From Chiloscyllium plagiosum (taxonomy: Eukaryota): a stretch of DNA of 64,000 bases. Below are positions 1-12,320 of the stretch, one piece after another (positions within the stretch are counted from its first letter, which is position 1; every line of letters starts with the position of its first letter). A model generated the notes under the pieces. The model searched no databases, was not told the DNA's origin, and saw only the letters and a list, made by a program, of their open reading frames with translations. A program made the translations under genes and the position numbers. The stretch lies in contig NC_057719.1 in assembly GCF_004010195.1 (NCBI RefSeq), positions 64,922,819 to 64,986,818 on the forward strand, given 5' to 3'.

Positions 1-2266
1 AATAGGATCAAGGCTGCTATGACATCCTTATATCCACTTTCCTGCAATTTTCCCATAACTGACAAAGAATCTATCTCAGCCTTAAGTATACATAAGGATT
101 CTACCTCCACAGATTCCTCTGTGAGATGGAATTCTTCCTCATCTCAGTCTTAAGTTGGCACTCTTTTATTTGGAATGTATGCCATCTGGTTTGAGACGCT
201 CCCGTGTGGGGAAGCATCCTCTCTACATTTACCCTGTCAAGCTCCTTAAGAATCCTATACGTTTCGATGAAATCACTCTCACCTTTCTAACTCCTGTGAG
301 TAGAGAACCAACTGTTTAGCTTTCTGTTCATAAAATAATCCCTCCATATCAGAGATCATTCTTGTAGACCTATCTTTCCTTAAATAAATGGACCAAAACT
401 ACTCCAGATTTGGTCTCACCGGTACTTGGTACTGCCGCAGTAAGACTTCCTCACACTTATACACCCCGTTCCCCCCACCTTGAAATAAGGACCCTCATTC
501 CATTAGCCTTCCTGATTACCTGTTGCACCCATGACTTAACTTTCTATGTTTTAGCTGCAAGTTTCCAAAGTCCCTTGGTGTTGTGATTTTAAGAGTTTTT
601 CTCCATCTGAGTAATACTGTATATTCTCCCTTCCAAAATGAACAAATTCACATTGCTCCATTTGCCAACTTTTTGCTCACTTACTTAACCTACCGATATC
701 ACTCTAAAACTCTTTGTATCCCTCTCACAACCTTCCTTTCCATCTATTTTTGTGTGTCTGCAAAATTGGCTACAGTATATTTGCTTCCTTTCTCCAAGTC
801 AATAATATATATTGTAAACATTTTCATTCCCATCGCTGATCCCTGTGGTCACTGGTCACCAATTAGAAAATAGTCCCTTATCCCCACTTGCTGTTTCTTG
901 CCTGTGAGTCAATTCTCTATCCACACCAATACACTATCTCTTATCTTATGGGATCTTATTTTATGGGCTCTTATGACTTAATCTTTTGATGGGTACCTAG
1001 CTGAATGCCTTCTGGAGCTCCACTGTAGTTGAGACCTCCTCAAAGCATACTATTAGTCCGATTATGATTTCCCTTTCATGAAGCCGTGCTGACTGCTTGA
1101 TTTGATTATGATTTTCCAAGTGTTCTGCTGTTACTTCCTTAATAATTGATTCCAATACTTTTCCAACAATAAATGCTATGCAACCTGCTTTTGCCTCCCT
1201 TTTTAAGTAGGGGTGTCATATTGGTGTTTTCCAATTCTCTGGTACTTCTTAAGAATCCAACAATTTTTCAAAAATTACAACCAATACATCCACAATTTCC
1301 GTCACTATCTCTTTTAGAATCTGAGGATGCAAGCCATCAAGGTTAGGAACTTCTCTATCTTTAGCCCCATTAGTTTGTCTAATACTATTTCTTTAGTGCT
1401 GATGATGGCACTTAATTCTTTTCCATATTCTTTTGCATTCATGGAAATCTTCGAAGAATCTTTCACCGTAAAGACTGATTAAACAAAGTATCTGTTTAAC
1501 TTCTTGTTCCCTATAACCGATTCCCCAGATTCATTTTTTAAAGAATCAGTGTTCATTTTGGCCATTCGTTTCCTTTTCATTTATTTAAAGAAGCTCTTAT
1601 TGTCAGATTTTATATTCCTCATTAGTTAACCCTCAGTTTATTTTCTGTTTTTTTCAGTCCTCTTTTGCTGGATTTTGAATTTATCCCAATCTTAGGGGCT
1701 ATTGCTGACATTTGCCTCCGTATATGCTTTTTTTTCAACTCCATCATCACCTTAACTTCCTTGGTTAGTGATGGTTGGTTTATCCCTCTTTTAGAATCTT
1801 TCCTCCTTACTGGAATATATGTTTGTTGAGAATCATGGATTACCTCCTTTCATGTCTGACATTGCTTACTTGCTATCATTGCTGCTAATCTATCTGCCCA
1901 GTTCACTTTAGTTAACTTTATCTCATTTCATTGTAATTTTCTTTATTTATGTTAAACATAGTCATTTCCAACCTAAGTTTCTCAAGCTGAAACTCAGTAC
2001 TAAATTATTTTATGTTATGATCACTGCTTCTGAGGGGATCTTTTACTTTGAGATCATTTATCAAACCTGCCTCATTATCCATACTAGATCCCAGATAGCC
2101 CAGTTGGCTCCATGATATCACGCTCTAGGAAATGATTCTTAATGCACTCTGAATTTGTAGTTACCTTTTTCGAATTTGATAGATCCAATCAACATGAAGA
2201 TTAAAGTCATCCATAACTAATGCTTTTTACATGCCCCTATTGCTTGTTGATTTTTACCCTTTCCAA
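1..2266 (-). mobile_element. Old, degenerate CR1-type LINE (3' end to RT/APE region); continues at 3504-3880
   Basis: Continuous CR1 ORF2-like sequence on the minus strand with many stops and indels; resumes after the younger insertion at 3504. Confidence 0.75.
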
Positions 2267-2273
2267 CAAGAGT

Positions 2274-3496
2274 CATAGAGTCTTAGAGATGTACAGCATG
2301 GAAACTGACCCTTTGGTCCAAGCCATCCATGCTGACCAGATATCCCAACCCAATCTAGTCCCACCTACCAGCACCCGGCCCATATCCCTCCAAACCCTTC
2401 CTTCATATACCCATCCAAATGCCTCTTAAATGTTGCAATTGTATCAGCCTCCACCACTTCGTCTGGCAGTTCATTCCAGCTCACTCCACCACCCTCTGTG
2501 AGAAAATGTTGCCCCTTAGGTCTCTTTTATATCTTTCCCCTCTCACCCTAAACCTATGCCTTCTAATTCTGGACTCCCCGACTCCAGGGAAAAGACTTTG
2601 CCTATTTAACCTATCCATATCCCTCATAATTTTGTAAACCTCTATAAGGTCACCCCTCAGCCTCCAACGCTCCAGGGAAAACAGCCCCAGCCTGTTCAGC
2701 CTCTCCCTATAGCTCAAATCCTCCAACCCTGGCAACATCCTTGTAAATCCTTTCTGAACCCTTTCAAGTTTCACAACATCTTTCCGATTGGAAGGAGACC
2801 AGAATTGCACGCAATATTCCAACAGTGGCCCANNNNNNNNNNNNNNNNNNNNNNNNNNNNNNNNNNNNNNNNNNNNNNNNNNNNNNNNNNNNNNNNNNNN
2901 NNNNNNNNNNNNNNNNNNNNNNNNNNNNNNNNNNNNNNNNNNNNNNNNNNNNNNNNNNNNNNNNNNNNNNNNNNNNNNNNNNNNNNNNNNNNNNNNNNNN
3001 NNNNNNNNNNNNNNNNNNNNNNNNNNNNNNNNNNNNNNNNNNNNNNNNNNNNNNNNNNNNNNNNNNNNNNNNNNNNNNNNNNNNNNNNNNNNNNNNNNNN
3101 NNNNNNNNNNNNNNNNNNNNNNNNNNNNNNNNNNNNNNNNNNNNNNNNNNNNNNNNNNNNNNNNNNNNNNNNNNNNNNNNNNNNNNNNNNNNNNNNNNNN
3201 NNNNNNNNNNNNNNNNNNNNNNNNNNNNNNNNNNNNNAACTCAATCAAGTTTGTGAGACATGATTTCCCACGCACAAAGCCATGTTGACTATCCCTAATC
3301 AGTCCTTGCCTTTCCAAATACATGTACATCCTGTCCCTCAGGATTCTCTCCAACAACCTGCCCACCACCGAGGTCAGGCTCACTGGTCTATAGTTCCCTG
3401 GCTTGTCCTTACCACCCTTCTTAAACAGTGGCACCACGTTTGCCAACCTCCAGTCTTCCGGCACCTCACCTGTGACTATCAATGATACAAATATCT
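2274..3496 (-). mobile_element. Young 5'-truncated CR1 (HER1-like) LINE, RT region and 3' tail, spanning an N gap
   Basis: ORF 2481-3482 has VPEDWRLANVVPLFKKG..PGNYRPVSLTSV..SQHGFVRGKSCLTNLIE and LEYCVQFWSP..LERVQK; tail is the reverse complement of CTCTATGACT. Confidence 0.95.
2833..3237. other. Assembly gap (405 N)
   Basis: Run of N. Confidence 1.
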
Positions 3497-3503
3497 CAAG
3501 AGT

Positions 3504-3880
3504 GGCTACTGTTTGGAGATCTGTGGATTACTCCTACCAATGTCTTCTTTCCCTTGCTGTTTCTTACGTCTGCCCAAATGGACTGGATACTACATCATCC
3601 ATGAGCATCTCTCTCAACATTCTGTCACTTATTAACAGTGCCATACCACCACTTTTTCCTCCCCTCCTGTCTCGAAAGGTGAAATATCACTTAATTTTAA
3701 GTTCTCAGTTTTGATCTCCTTGTAGCCATGTTTCTATAATGGCTGACAACATATTCAGTTACTTTGATTTGCACCATCTGTTTGTCTACCTTATTTCAAT
3801 GTTTCATGTCTTCAGGTACAAAGCCTTTGAGTTTGTTCTATTATTGAATTTCCCTACAATTTTATGGTTCCTTGGTACAA
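3504..3880 (-). mobile_element. 5' part (APE endonuclease start) of the old CR1 at 1-2266
   Basis: Minus strand reads AIIETWLQGDQ around 3715-3745, matching the AITETWL motif of APE endonucleases. Confidence 0.7.
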
Positions 3881-3910
3881 TTTATGGTTCCTTGGTCCCC
3901 AAGCAAAAGT

Positions 3911-4583
3911 TCAGATGCTATTCATCCAGCTTGTGCTAAGCCTTGCTGGAACACTGCAACAGGGCCAAGGTGGAAATGTTGGCCAGGGAATATGGTGGTG
4001 TGTGAAAGTGGCAGGCAGCTGAAGTTCGAACCTATATTCTGTCTGCACAAGTGACCCTGAACTTCCAGCTTCCTGCCACTTGAACACACCACCGTATTCC
4101 CTGGCCAACATTTCTGTCTTGGGCCTGTTGCAGTGCTCCATTGACACTCAATGCAAGCTGGAAGAACAGCACCCCATTTGCCACTTCAGGAGCCTCAGGA
4201 CTCAATGTTAAGTTGAGTAATTTTAGAGCTTGAACACCTCCTTCCATTTTCTTTACCTAATCGCATACCTCAGGCCCCATCATGACGTGAGCTGCTTTCA
4301 GCACAGCCAACCTATTTTCACCTACACTGTGTCTCCGTTAGCAGCTTTTCGCCTTTTTTGACATACTATCACCATCCCTTTGTCTCCCTAACTCTCTTTC
4401 TTTCTGACTTCCATCTCCACCTATCCACTCACACCTTACCATCACCAACAATCCCTATCATCAGCATAAAAGCCATCTTTTCCTGTTACTGCCAGTTCCA
4501 AAGAAGAATCACTGGACTCTGCATTCTCTCCACAGATGCTGTCAGACCTGCTGAGTTTCTCCAGCAATTTCTGTTTTTGTTAC
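3911..4583 (+). mobile_element. Penelope-like element 3' end (GIY-YIG C-terminus plus terminal repeat) with inverted 5' duplication
   Basis: 4059-4230 reads like HLNTPPYSLANISVLGLLQC..QCKLEEQHPICH; terminal CAGATGCTGTCAGACCTGCTGAGTTTCTCCAGCAATTTCTG module; 3921-4027 is an inverted copy of 4059-4165. Confidence 0.8.
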
Positions 4584-4589
4584 AAACCA

Positions 4590-5430
4590 ATATGGATAGG
4601 TTGGGCGAAAGGGCAAAAATCTGGCAGGTGGAGTATAATGTGGGGGTGTAAAGTTCATTTTGGAAGGAAGAGTAAAAAATGCCTGAGTATTATTCAAATG
4701 GAGAACAGTTGCAGAATTCTGAGGTGCAGCCATATCCAGTTGTTCCAGTGTATGAGTCACAAAATGTCACTACAGTATACAGGTACAGCAAATGATTAAG
4801 AAGGCTAGTGGAATGCTGTGCTTTGTTATGAGTAGAATTCAACATAAAAGTAAGGATGTTATGTTCCAGTTCCACAAAACATTGGCGATATTTCATCTTA
4901 CATCCTGTATGCAGTTTTAGTCTCCTAATTTAAGGAAGGATGCCGATGGAAGCGGTTAAGAACAGAGTTACTAAATTTATATCTGCAATGAGTGGGTTGT
5001 CTTATTAGCAAAGATTGGACAGATAGGGTTTATCTCCACCTGAGTTAATAAGAGCAAGGGGTGATTTGACTGAAGTGTATAAGATGCACATGTTCTTGGC
5101 TAGATGGATATGGAAAGGATGTTTCCTTTTATTGATGAGTCTAGAGTGATGGTGTACTGTTTTAAAATTAGAGGTCACCCTTTTTAGACTCTTTAGAGAT
5201 ATTCTTTTCTCTGAGGTTTGTATGACTTTGGAATCCTCTGCCTCAAAAACATGGTGGAGGTAGCTGGATTCATTGAATATTTTTAAGTTTAAGGCAGATA
5301 TTGTTTTAGGGTAAGAGAATTAAGTTTTTGGAGGTAGATAGGAATGTGAAATTTAGAATTTGAATAGTTCAGCTATAACCTTATGGATTAATGGAGTGTG
5401 GGGTCTCCTTCTGTTGCTAATCTATATGTT
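4590..5430 (+). mobile_element. Old CR1 3' fragment
   Basis: Degenerate DRLGEWAKIWQMEYNV / RGDLIEVYK-type RT C-terminus and 3' UTR. Confidence 0.8.
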
Positions 5431-5896
5431 TGCGCATAAAATCTACATAAATATTCTTAGTCAGAAGAAATGACTGTCCACTGATTTAAGAATGATATTG
5501 CCTGAAGGTCATGAGTTTCTACTATGGGTTCTCATGTGACTGATGAGGCCAATTCTTGACCCACAAATCTTGCGGCAGATGGGCAGGATGTTTCTTGAGT
5601 AAACGGGATCCAAAGTATAGTTTTATACAAGGTAATGTTTCTAAAGGAGTTCATATTTGTATTACATTGTTTTCTATAACTCTCCTCATGTAGGTGGAGA
5701 CAAAAAATTTCTTTGCTCGTTTTCAGAAGGTGCAAATGTATCTGTATTAGCTCCCTAAAGTTTTCATAATGATGTCTGACTCAATGCATTTGTGCTTATC
5801 GCTAGCAAAAAATAAATCATCTTATTATCTGTGAATAGTGTCTGTTCTCTAAATACTTCATGATGATTTGAACCTAAGACAAAGGAGGCTTGGTGT

Positions 5897-6114
5897 CAGA
5901 TAGTTCTTCTATAATACAATGGTTGAATTCTTGAGCAACCCCACATTATAGTAAAATTATGGTTTATAAACAACACTTAAAGTGTTGGCAATGTAAATGC
6001 ATTACAGCCAACACACTTTTTAAAAGTTTGTGCTTTAGAAACAGCATCCCAACTTGTCAATCACGTTACAGTGAATTTGCATTAACAAAACACGCATTAT
6101 AGCAGAAAGACCTG
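5897..6114. mobile_element. Tigger/pogo-like MITE (degenerate)
   Basis: Imperfect TIRs CAGATAGTTCTTCTATAA / TTATAGCAGAAAGACCTG, the right one followed by TA. Confidence 0.55.
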
Positions 6115-6967
6115 TACCTGAAACAACCCTTACCCAGTAGCACATAGTCATAGAAGGGAAAATACCACAAGGTGGTAGGAGTAGTCCTCTGGAAAAATAC
6201 TATTTGTGGGTTTGTTTGATTTTTCTTTCCCAATGTGTGATATGGCTTTTTAGATAAGCTGTTGCCACTCCCCCAAGTAATTAATGTTAATGTGGCTTGC
6301 TTCAAAGAGTGTTTCAGAGTTTCTTTAAATTCCAGTTTTTTCCTTTCTTGGAACATTGGCTGTTTGAGATTGGAGAAAACAAGACCTGGCGGGTCCTGAC
6401 CTGATCTTTGAATATGCAAGTTAAAAAGCTGGAAAGTTGTTGTACCTTTTGCCCACTGCTGGTACAGGCACTGTGAACTGGTTTGTGCACACGTCTGAAG
6501 AACAGAAAGTTAGTTTGACTTGATAAAAAAGAAAGTGAGGAATTTGGGGAATATCCATTGTGTTTAAAACCACAATTGGCAAACACTTAAAGAAAATGCT
6601 TAAGTAACCAGTTCATACACAGAACTTTCAATCAGAACAGTAATGAAAACAATGCTCCATCTGCTCAAATTCCAGAAATGTACTTCTGAAAATCAACTTA
6701 GAAAACAGTTCAGCAAACTGCCAAACATAGTCCTCGCCTCTCTGAGTGCCAGCTATGTGGCTATGGCTAATTAACAATAAGTTCAATGCCAAAACATCAG
6801 TCAAAGGCACTATTTGTCAATTTGCTTGAATCCACTAATCCAGAAAAAATATCATTAAGAAGTTATTTGAAGATTTTCAAGATAACAGCAGTCACATTGC
6901 GGAAGACAATTTTACTGTTACACTATGTAAACATTACCCTGGAAAGCTCAGTTATGAACTTAAGAGT

Positions 6968-7324
6968 ATTAGAAGTTAGAATCCCTACAGTGTGGAAACA
7001 GGCCATTTAGCCCAACAAGTCCACACCGATCCTTGGAAGTGAAACCCAGCCAGATCTATTTCCGTATCCAATTACTCTACATTTACCCCTAACTAATGCA
7101 TCTAACCTACACAGCCTTGAACACAATGTGCAATTTAGCATGGCCAATTCACCTAACCTGCACATCTTTTGATTATGGGAGGAAGCCAGAGCACCGGGAT
7201 GAAACCCATGCAGGCACGGGAAGAATCTGCAAGCTCCACACAGACAGTTACCCGAGGTTCGAATCAAACCTGGTCCCTGGCGCTGTGAGGCAGCAGTGCT
7301 AACCACTGAGCCACTATGCCACCC
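6968..7324 (-). mobile_element. HE1-type tRNA-derived SINE, full length
   Basis: Minus strand GTGGCTCAGTGGTTAGCACTGCTGCCTCACAGCGCCAGGGACC (A box), V-SINE-like core, CR1-like 3' tail. Confidence 0.92.
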
Positions 7325-7379
7325 TAAGTGTTAGTTAGAAGGACTGGTAGGCTATGACATTTCAGGCAGTACACTCTGC

Positions 7380-8170
7380 TTCCACTGAGAGGAATGACTG
7401 GAACAGGTTTGAAAGGTTTTATACATGGAGGATAGCTCATGGATAGTAAGATCCTCCTTTCTACCAATGTAGGTGGCACTAATGTGGAGCTTGACCTCTG
7501 GCTGCTCAGCAGTCCCCACCCGGCCAGAGTACTCTATACTCTATACTACGGAGGCAACATGCCATTCTGAATTTACATAAGTGACTGTGGACTTCCCTAT
7601 CTGTTACTCTAACTATAAAAACCACTGTGATTGTCCTTTTCCAAAATTCTTTTGCTTCCCATTTACCCCTGTGATTCCTTGGCCCTGATTCTGACTCCAC
7701 GTCACAGATAAATAACCATTCTCACAAGTGTTTAGGACTAAATGATTGGAAAGTGAAATGCTCACAGGGGACTCCATTATTGCCTGCTTGCATGCTCTTC
7801 CTTAGAGACAAAGAAAAACTGCAGATGCTGGAATCCAAAGTGGACAGGCAGGAGGCCGGAAGAACACAGCAAGCCAGGCAGCATCAAGAGGTGGAAAAGT
7901 CGACATTTTGGCTGTAACCCTTCTTCAGGTTGGGAAGAAGGGTTACACCTGAAACATCGACTTCTCCACCTCCTGATGCTGCCTGGTTTGCCGTGTTCTT
8001 CCAGCCTCCTGTCTGTCTGCTCTTCCTTGACAGTCTGGTAGTCCTGCATTCCCATCACATCAAAAAACATGTAAAGCATTTTGGACTGGAGGAGGTTACA
8101 TACGATAGAGAGTGAAATATCACAAATGGATGGAAAAACAATAATACGAATTTTAAAATCAATTCTTTGT
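7380..8170 (-). mobile_element. CR1 ORF1 remnant (zinc finger and SGNH esterase region), interrupted at 7804-8017
   Basis: ORF 7506-7700 has IVRVTDREVHSHLCKFRMACCL, similar to CR1 ORF1 DSIVRGTDRRFCG..DSRMVCCLPG. Confidence 0.6.
7804..8017. mobile_element. Short fold-back Penelope-terminus-derived element with 11-bp TSD
   Basis: Arms 7843-7926 and 7934-8017 are inverted repeats; TGCTCTTCCTT at 7793-7803 and 8018-8028. Confidence 0.85.
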
Positions 8171-9105
8171 TCATTACCTCAGGTGTCTGACAGTAACAAT
8201 CCACCACATGATTCAAATTCCTCGAAACAATAACTCTTTCTGTCTCCATAGAAGCTGCTAGATCAGCTGAGGTTTACCAACACTAACTGTTTCACTCTCC
8301 CCCTTGGCTCTTATTGGCACTTGGACCAATGTTTGAATCTCCTCCTTGTATGTTGGTGACCAGTGTGAACACAATGCTCAGACCAGAGGATTTATATAGT
8401 TTAACATGCCTCTTATATCAATCTTAAATATATGCTTGAATTTTTTATTTGTTTTGTTAATTGCTGCTCTGCAATTTTTATACATCTTCAACGAGTCTAA
8501 GACTGTCAGTCTCTTTATACTTCTGCTTAAATATGTGTGTTGCTTTTTAAAATTCCTGTGTACTGTAATTTACATTTGTCCGTACTAATCTTTGTCTGCC
8601 ATGTCTGATCCAAACATTGTTTTATCCACTTGATTTTGTAATGTCCAATTTATTTCCTCCAACCTTATCGCAGCTTCTAATATGGTATTACATGCAATTT
8701 ATTTTTTACAGTGAGTTTGAAGCCATGTCAATGTTGTAATCATCCCATACATTGCATTTTTCAACCTGCTCCTTCTCACTCCCTAGTAACACTTCACATT
8801 ACGACCCAGATAGAGTCCTTCCAATAAGAATTTAATGGCCTGGATCTTCTGGTTGGAAAATAGTAATTGCAGCAGGATAGACAGTATTTGTACATCTGGA
8901 CAATATGGAAGTTCTGAAGCATTTGACATGGTGAATCTGCAGGAAGTACTGTGGAAATTGAAACTTCTGGTGGAAGATTCTAGACTCCTCCCAAATGAGT
9001 TAGAATTGGAGACTTTGGAAAGTTCTGACTTACTGAGATTAATAGTTGCCCAGTAAAAGTCAAGAGTGACTAAAACTTGCCTTAACAATTAAACTGATCC
9101 CATTA

Positions 9106-9431
9106 AGATTAGATTAGATTCCCTACAGTGTAGAAACAGGCCCTTTGGCCCAACCAGTCCACACCAACCCTCCGAAGAGTAACCCACCCAGACCTGGACA
9201 CATTTCCCTCCGAATGATGCACCTGACACTACAGGCAATTTAGCATGGTCAATTCACCTGACCTGCACATCTTTGGACTATGGGAGGAAATCGGAGCACC
9301 CGGAGAAAACCCACGCAGACACGGGGAGAATGTGCAAACTCCACATAGACAGTCACCTGAGGCTGATATTGAACCTGGGACCCTGGTGCTGTGAGGCAGC
9401 AGTGCTAAACACTGAGGCACTGTGCTGCCCC
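9106..9431 (-). mobile_element. HE1-type SINE, full length
   Basis: Same consensus as 6968-7324; (AGATT)n tail. Confidence 0.92.
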
Positions 9432-9502
9432 TTACTCACCACACCCCACTGACTACCCCATCTTACCCTTTTAACCACTTATCTCGATTATCCACATCCA
9501 TT

Positions 9503-11470
9503 CACAAGAAATCATTGATATAATTAAGAAAAAGAAGGAAGCATATGTCAGATGTAGACAGGATGGATCGAGTGAATCCTGAGAGGAATTTAAAGGCAGT
9601 AAGTGTATACTTAAGAGGGAAATCAGGAGGGCAAAAAGGCGACATGAGATAGCTTTGGCAAATAGAATTAAGAAGAATCCAAAGAGTTTTTACAAATGCA
9701 TTAAGGACAAAAGGGTAACTAAGGAGAGAATAGGGCCCCTCAAAGATCAGCAAGGCGGCCTTTGTGTGGAGTCGCAGAAAATGGGGAAGATACTAAACAA
9801 GTATTTTGCATCAGTATTTACTGTGGAAAAGGATATGGAAGATATATAGTGTAGGGAAATAGATGGTGACACCTTGAAAAATGTCCATATTACAGAGGAG
9901 GAAGTGCTGGATGTCTTGAAACGCATAAAGGTGGATAAATACCCAGGACCTGATCAGGAGTACTCTGGAACTCTGTGGGAAGCTAGAGAAATGATTGCTG
10001 GGACTCTTGCTGAGATATTTGTATCATCAATAGTCACAGGTGAGGTGCTGGAAGACTGGAGGTTGGCTAACGTGGTGCCACTGTTTAAGAAGAGTGATAA
10101 GGACAAGTCAGGGAACTATAGACCAGTGAGCTTGACGTCAGTGGTGGGCATGTTGTTGGAGGGAATCCTGAGGGACAGGATGTACATGTATTTGGAAAGG
10201 CAAGTATTGATTAGGGATAGTCAACATGGCTTTGTGCCTGGGAAATCATGTCTCACAAACTTAATTGAGTTTTTTGAAGAAGTAACAAAGAGGATTGATG
10301 AGGGCAGAGCGGTAGATGTGGTCTATATGGACTTCAGTAAGGCGTTCGACAAGGTTTGACTCGTTAGCAAGGTTAGATCTCATGGAATACAGGTAGAAGT
10401 AGCCATTTGGATACAGAACGGGCTCAAAGGTAAAAGACAGAGGGTAGTGGTGGAGGGTTGTTTTTCAGACTGGAGGCCTGTGACCAGTGGAGTGCCACAA
10501 GGATTGGTGCTGGGTCCTCTAATTTTTGTCATTTACATAAATGATTTGGATGTGAGCATAAGAGGTACAGTTAGTAGATTTACAGATGACACCAAAATTG
10601 GAGGTGGAGTGGACAGCGAAGAGGGTTACCTCAGATTACAACGGGATCTTGACCAGGAGCCAATTGGCTGAGAAGTGGCAGATGGAGTTTAATTCAGATA
10701 AATGTGAGGTGCTGCATTTTGGGAAAGCAAACCTTAGCAGGACTTATACACTTAATGGTAAGGTCCGAGGGAGTGTTGCTGAACAAAGAGACCTTGGAGT
10801 GCAGGTTCATAGCTCCTTGAAAGTGGAGTCGCAGGTAGATAGGAGGCATTTGGTAGGCTTTCCTTTATTGGTCAGAGTATTGAGTACAGGAGTTGGGAGG
10901 TCACGTTGCAGCTGTACAGGACATTGGTTAGGCCATTGTTGGAATATTGCGTGCAATTCTGGTCTCCTTCCTATCTGAAAGAAGTTGTGAAAGTTGAAAG
11001 GGTTCAGAAAAGATTTACAAGGATGTTGCCAGGGTTAGAGGATTTGAACTATGGAGAGAGACTGAACAGGCTGGGGCTGTTTTCCCTGGAATGTTGGAGG
11101 CTGAGGGGTGACCTTATAGAGGTTTACAAAATTATGAGGGGCATGGATAGGATAAATAGACAAAGTCTTTTTCCTGGGGTGGGGGGAGTCCAGAACTAGA
11201 GGACATAGATTTAGGGTGAGAGGGGAAAGATATAAAAGAGACCTAAGGGGCAACGTTTTCAAACAGAGAGTGGTACATGTATGGAATGAGCTGCCAGAGG
11301 AAGTGGTACAATTGCAACATTTAAAAGGCATTTGGATGGGTATATGAATAGGAAGGGTTTGGAGGGATATGGGCCGGGTGCTGGCAAGTGGGTTGGGATA
11401 TCTGGTCGGCATGGACGTGTTGGACCGAAGGGTCTGTTTCCATGCTGTAAATCTCTATGACTCTATGACT
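9503..11470 (+). mobile_element. Young 5'-truncated CR1 LINE (about 2 kb of ORF2, disrupted)
   Basis: KNPKSFYKCIK, GNYRPVSLTSV, VYMDFSKAFDKV, SGVPQG.VLGP, FTDDTK motifs spread over several frames; ends CTCTATGACTCTATGACT. Confidence 0.97.
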
Positions 11471-11819
11471 TTAATTAAATGTTCAAACAAATAAGAAAAA
11501 CAATTTACACTTAGAATTATTAAAGAACAATAACTTTAAATACTTAGAAGAAACTTAAAAGGAACCACTCTTACAATTAATCAACAAAGTAATATTAAAT
11601 GTTTAAAAGGAATAATTAAAGCGATAAAATAAAAGGCTGTGGAATATCTAAACAATAGTACAGAAGATTAATTAGACTTAAATCCCTATGCTGTCTATTG
11701 CCTGCTCTTAAGGGTCACTCCCAGGTGCTCTGGCAACTTGTGGACTGTAGCTTCACTTCTCTTGAGCTGTGATGAGTGCCAAATCACAGGATGCACTGGA
11801 GGCATCTTGGAACAGCAGA

Positions 11820-12320
11820 AAAGTACATAAACATATTTTGAAATGATTTCAGCTTTGCTCTGATGGTATTCACAAGTTCTAGGTCACTGTCTTTTAAGAT
11901 TGATCCAATTTCTTGTTTATTTTCAGGAGACACTCTGAAGCATTATGTCTCTAACTAATCATCTTGCATGTGGAACGTTCACCACTCTACTTTGGATGTT
12001 CCATTTTCAAAAGGTCAAAGAAATTGGTGAAATAGCACCCTCCCATTTTGAATCTATGTTCATGACAGTTATTATTATTTCACACTGGATTGAAGACTTT
12101 CATGGGTCTGGAATTGCCTGTATCTGTTTTTTTATCCCTTTTAAATATGGAAATTGTTGATGTTGGTAGTCCATTGCCCAGTGACTCACTCACAATGCTT
12201 GCCAATGCTTCATAATTCATTTTGCTGTGTGGTTTAGAACTCTGCACTAAATACTGTTCATTACTGGGAATTTACTTGATCAAGTCAGAGTTCAAAAAGG
12301 AACAAATCCCCAGTAAAGCT
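11820..12320 (-). mobile_element. Highly degenerate CR1-like RT fragment
   Basis: Residual similarity to the reverse strand of CR1 ORF2. Confidence 0.4.

Noticed and set aside
2771..3288. Long ORFs in several frames (also 32779-33554)
   Set aside because: Artefacts of N runs; only the CR1 and Penelope frames are meaningful
7255..7324. tRNA gene (also 13546-13620 and 34245-34302)
   Set aside because: A/B-box heads run into SINE bodies and give no complete cloverleaf
9655..11199. RT ORFs as a functional gene
   Set aside because: Stops and frameshifts throughout, 5' truncated; a dead LINE copy
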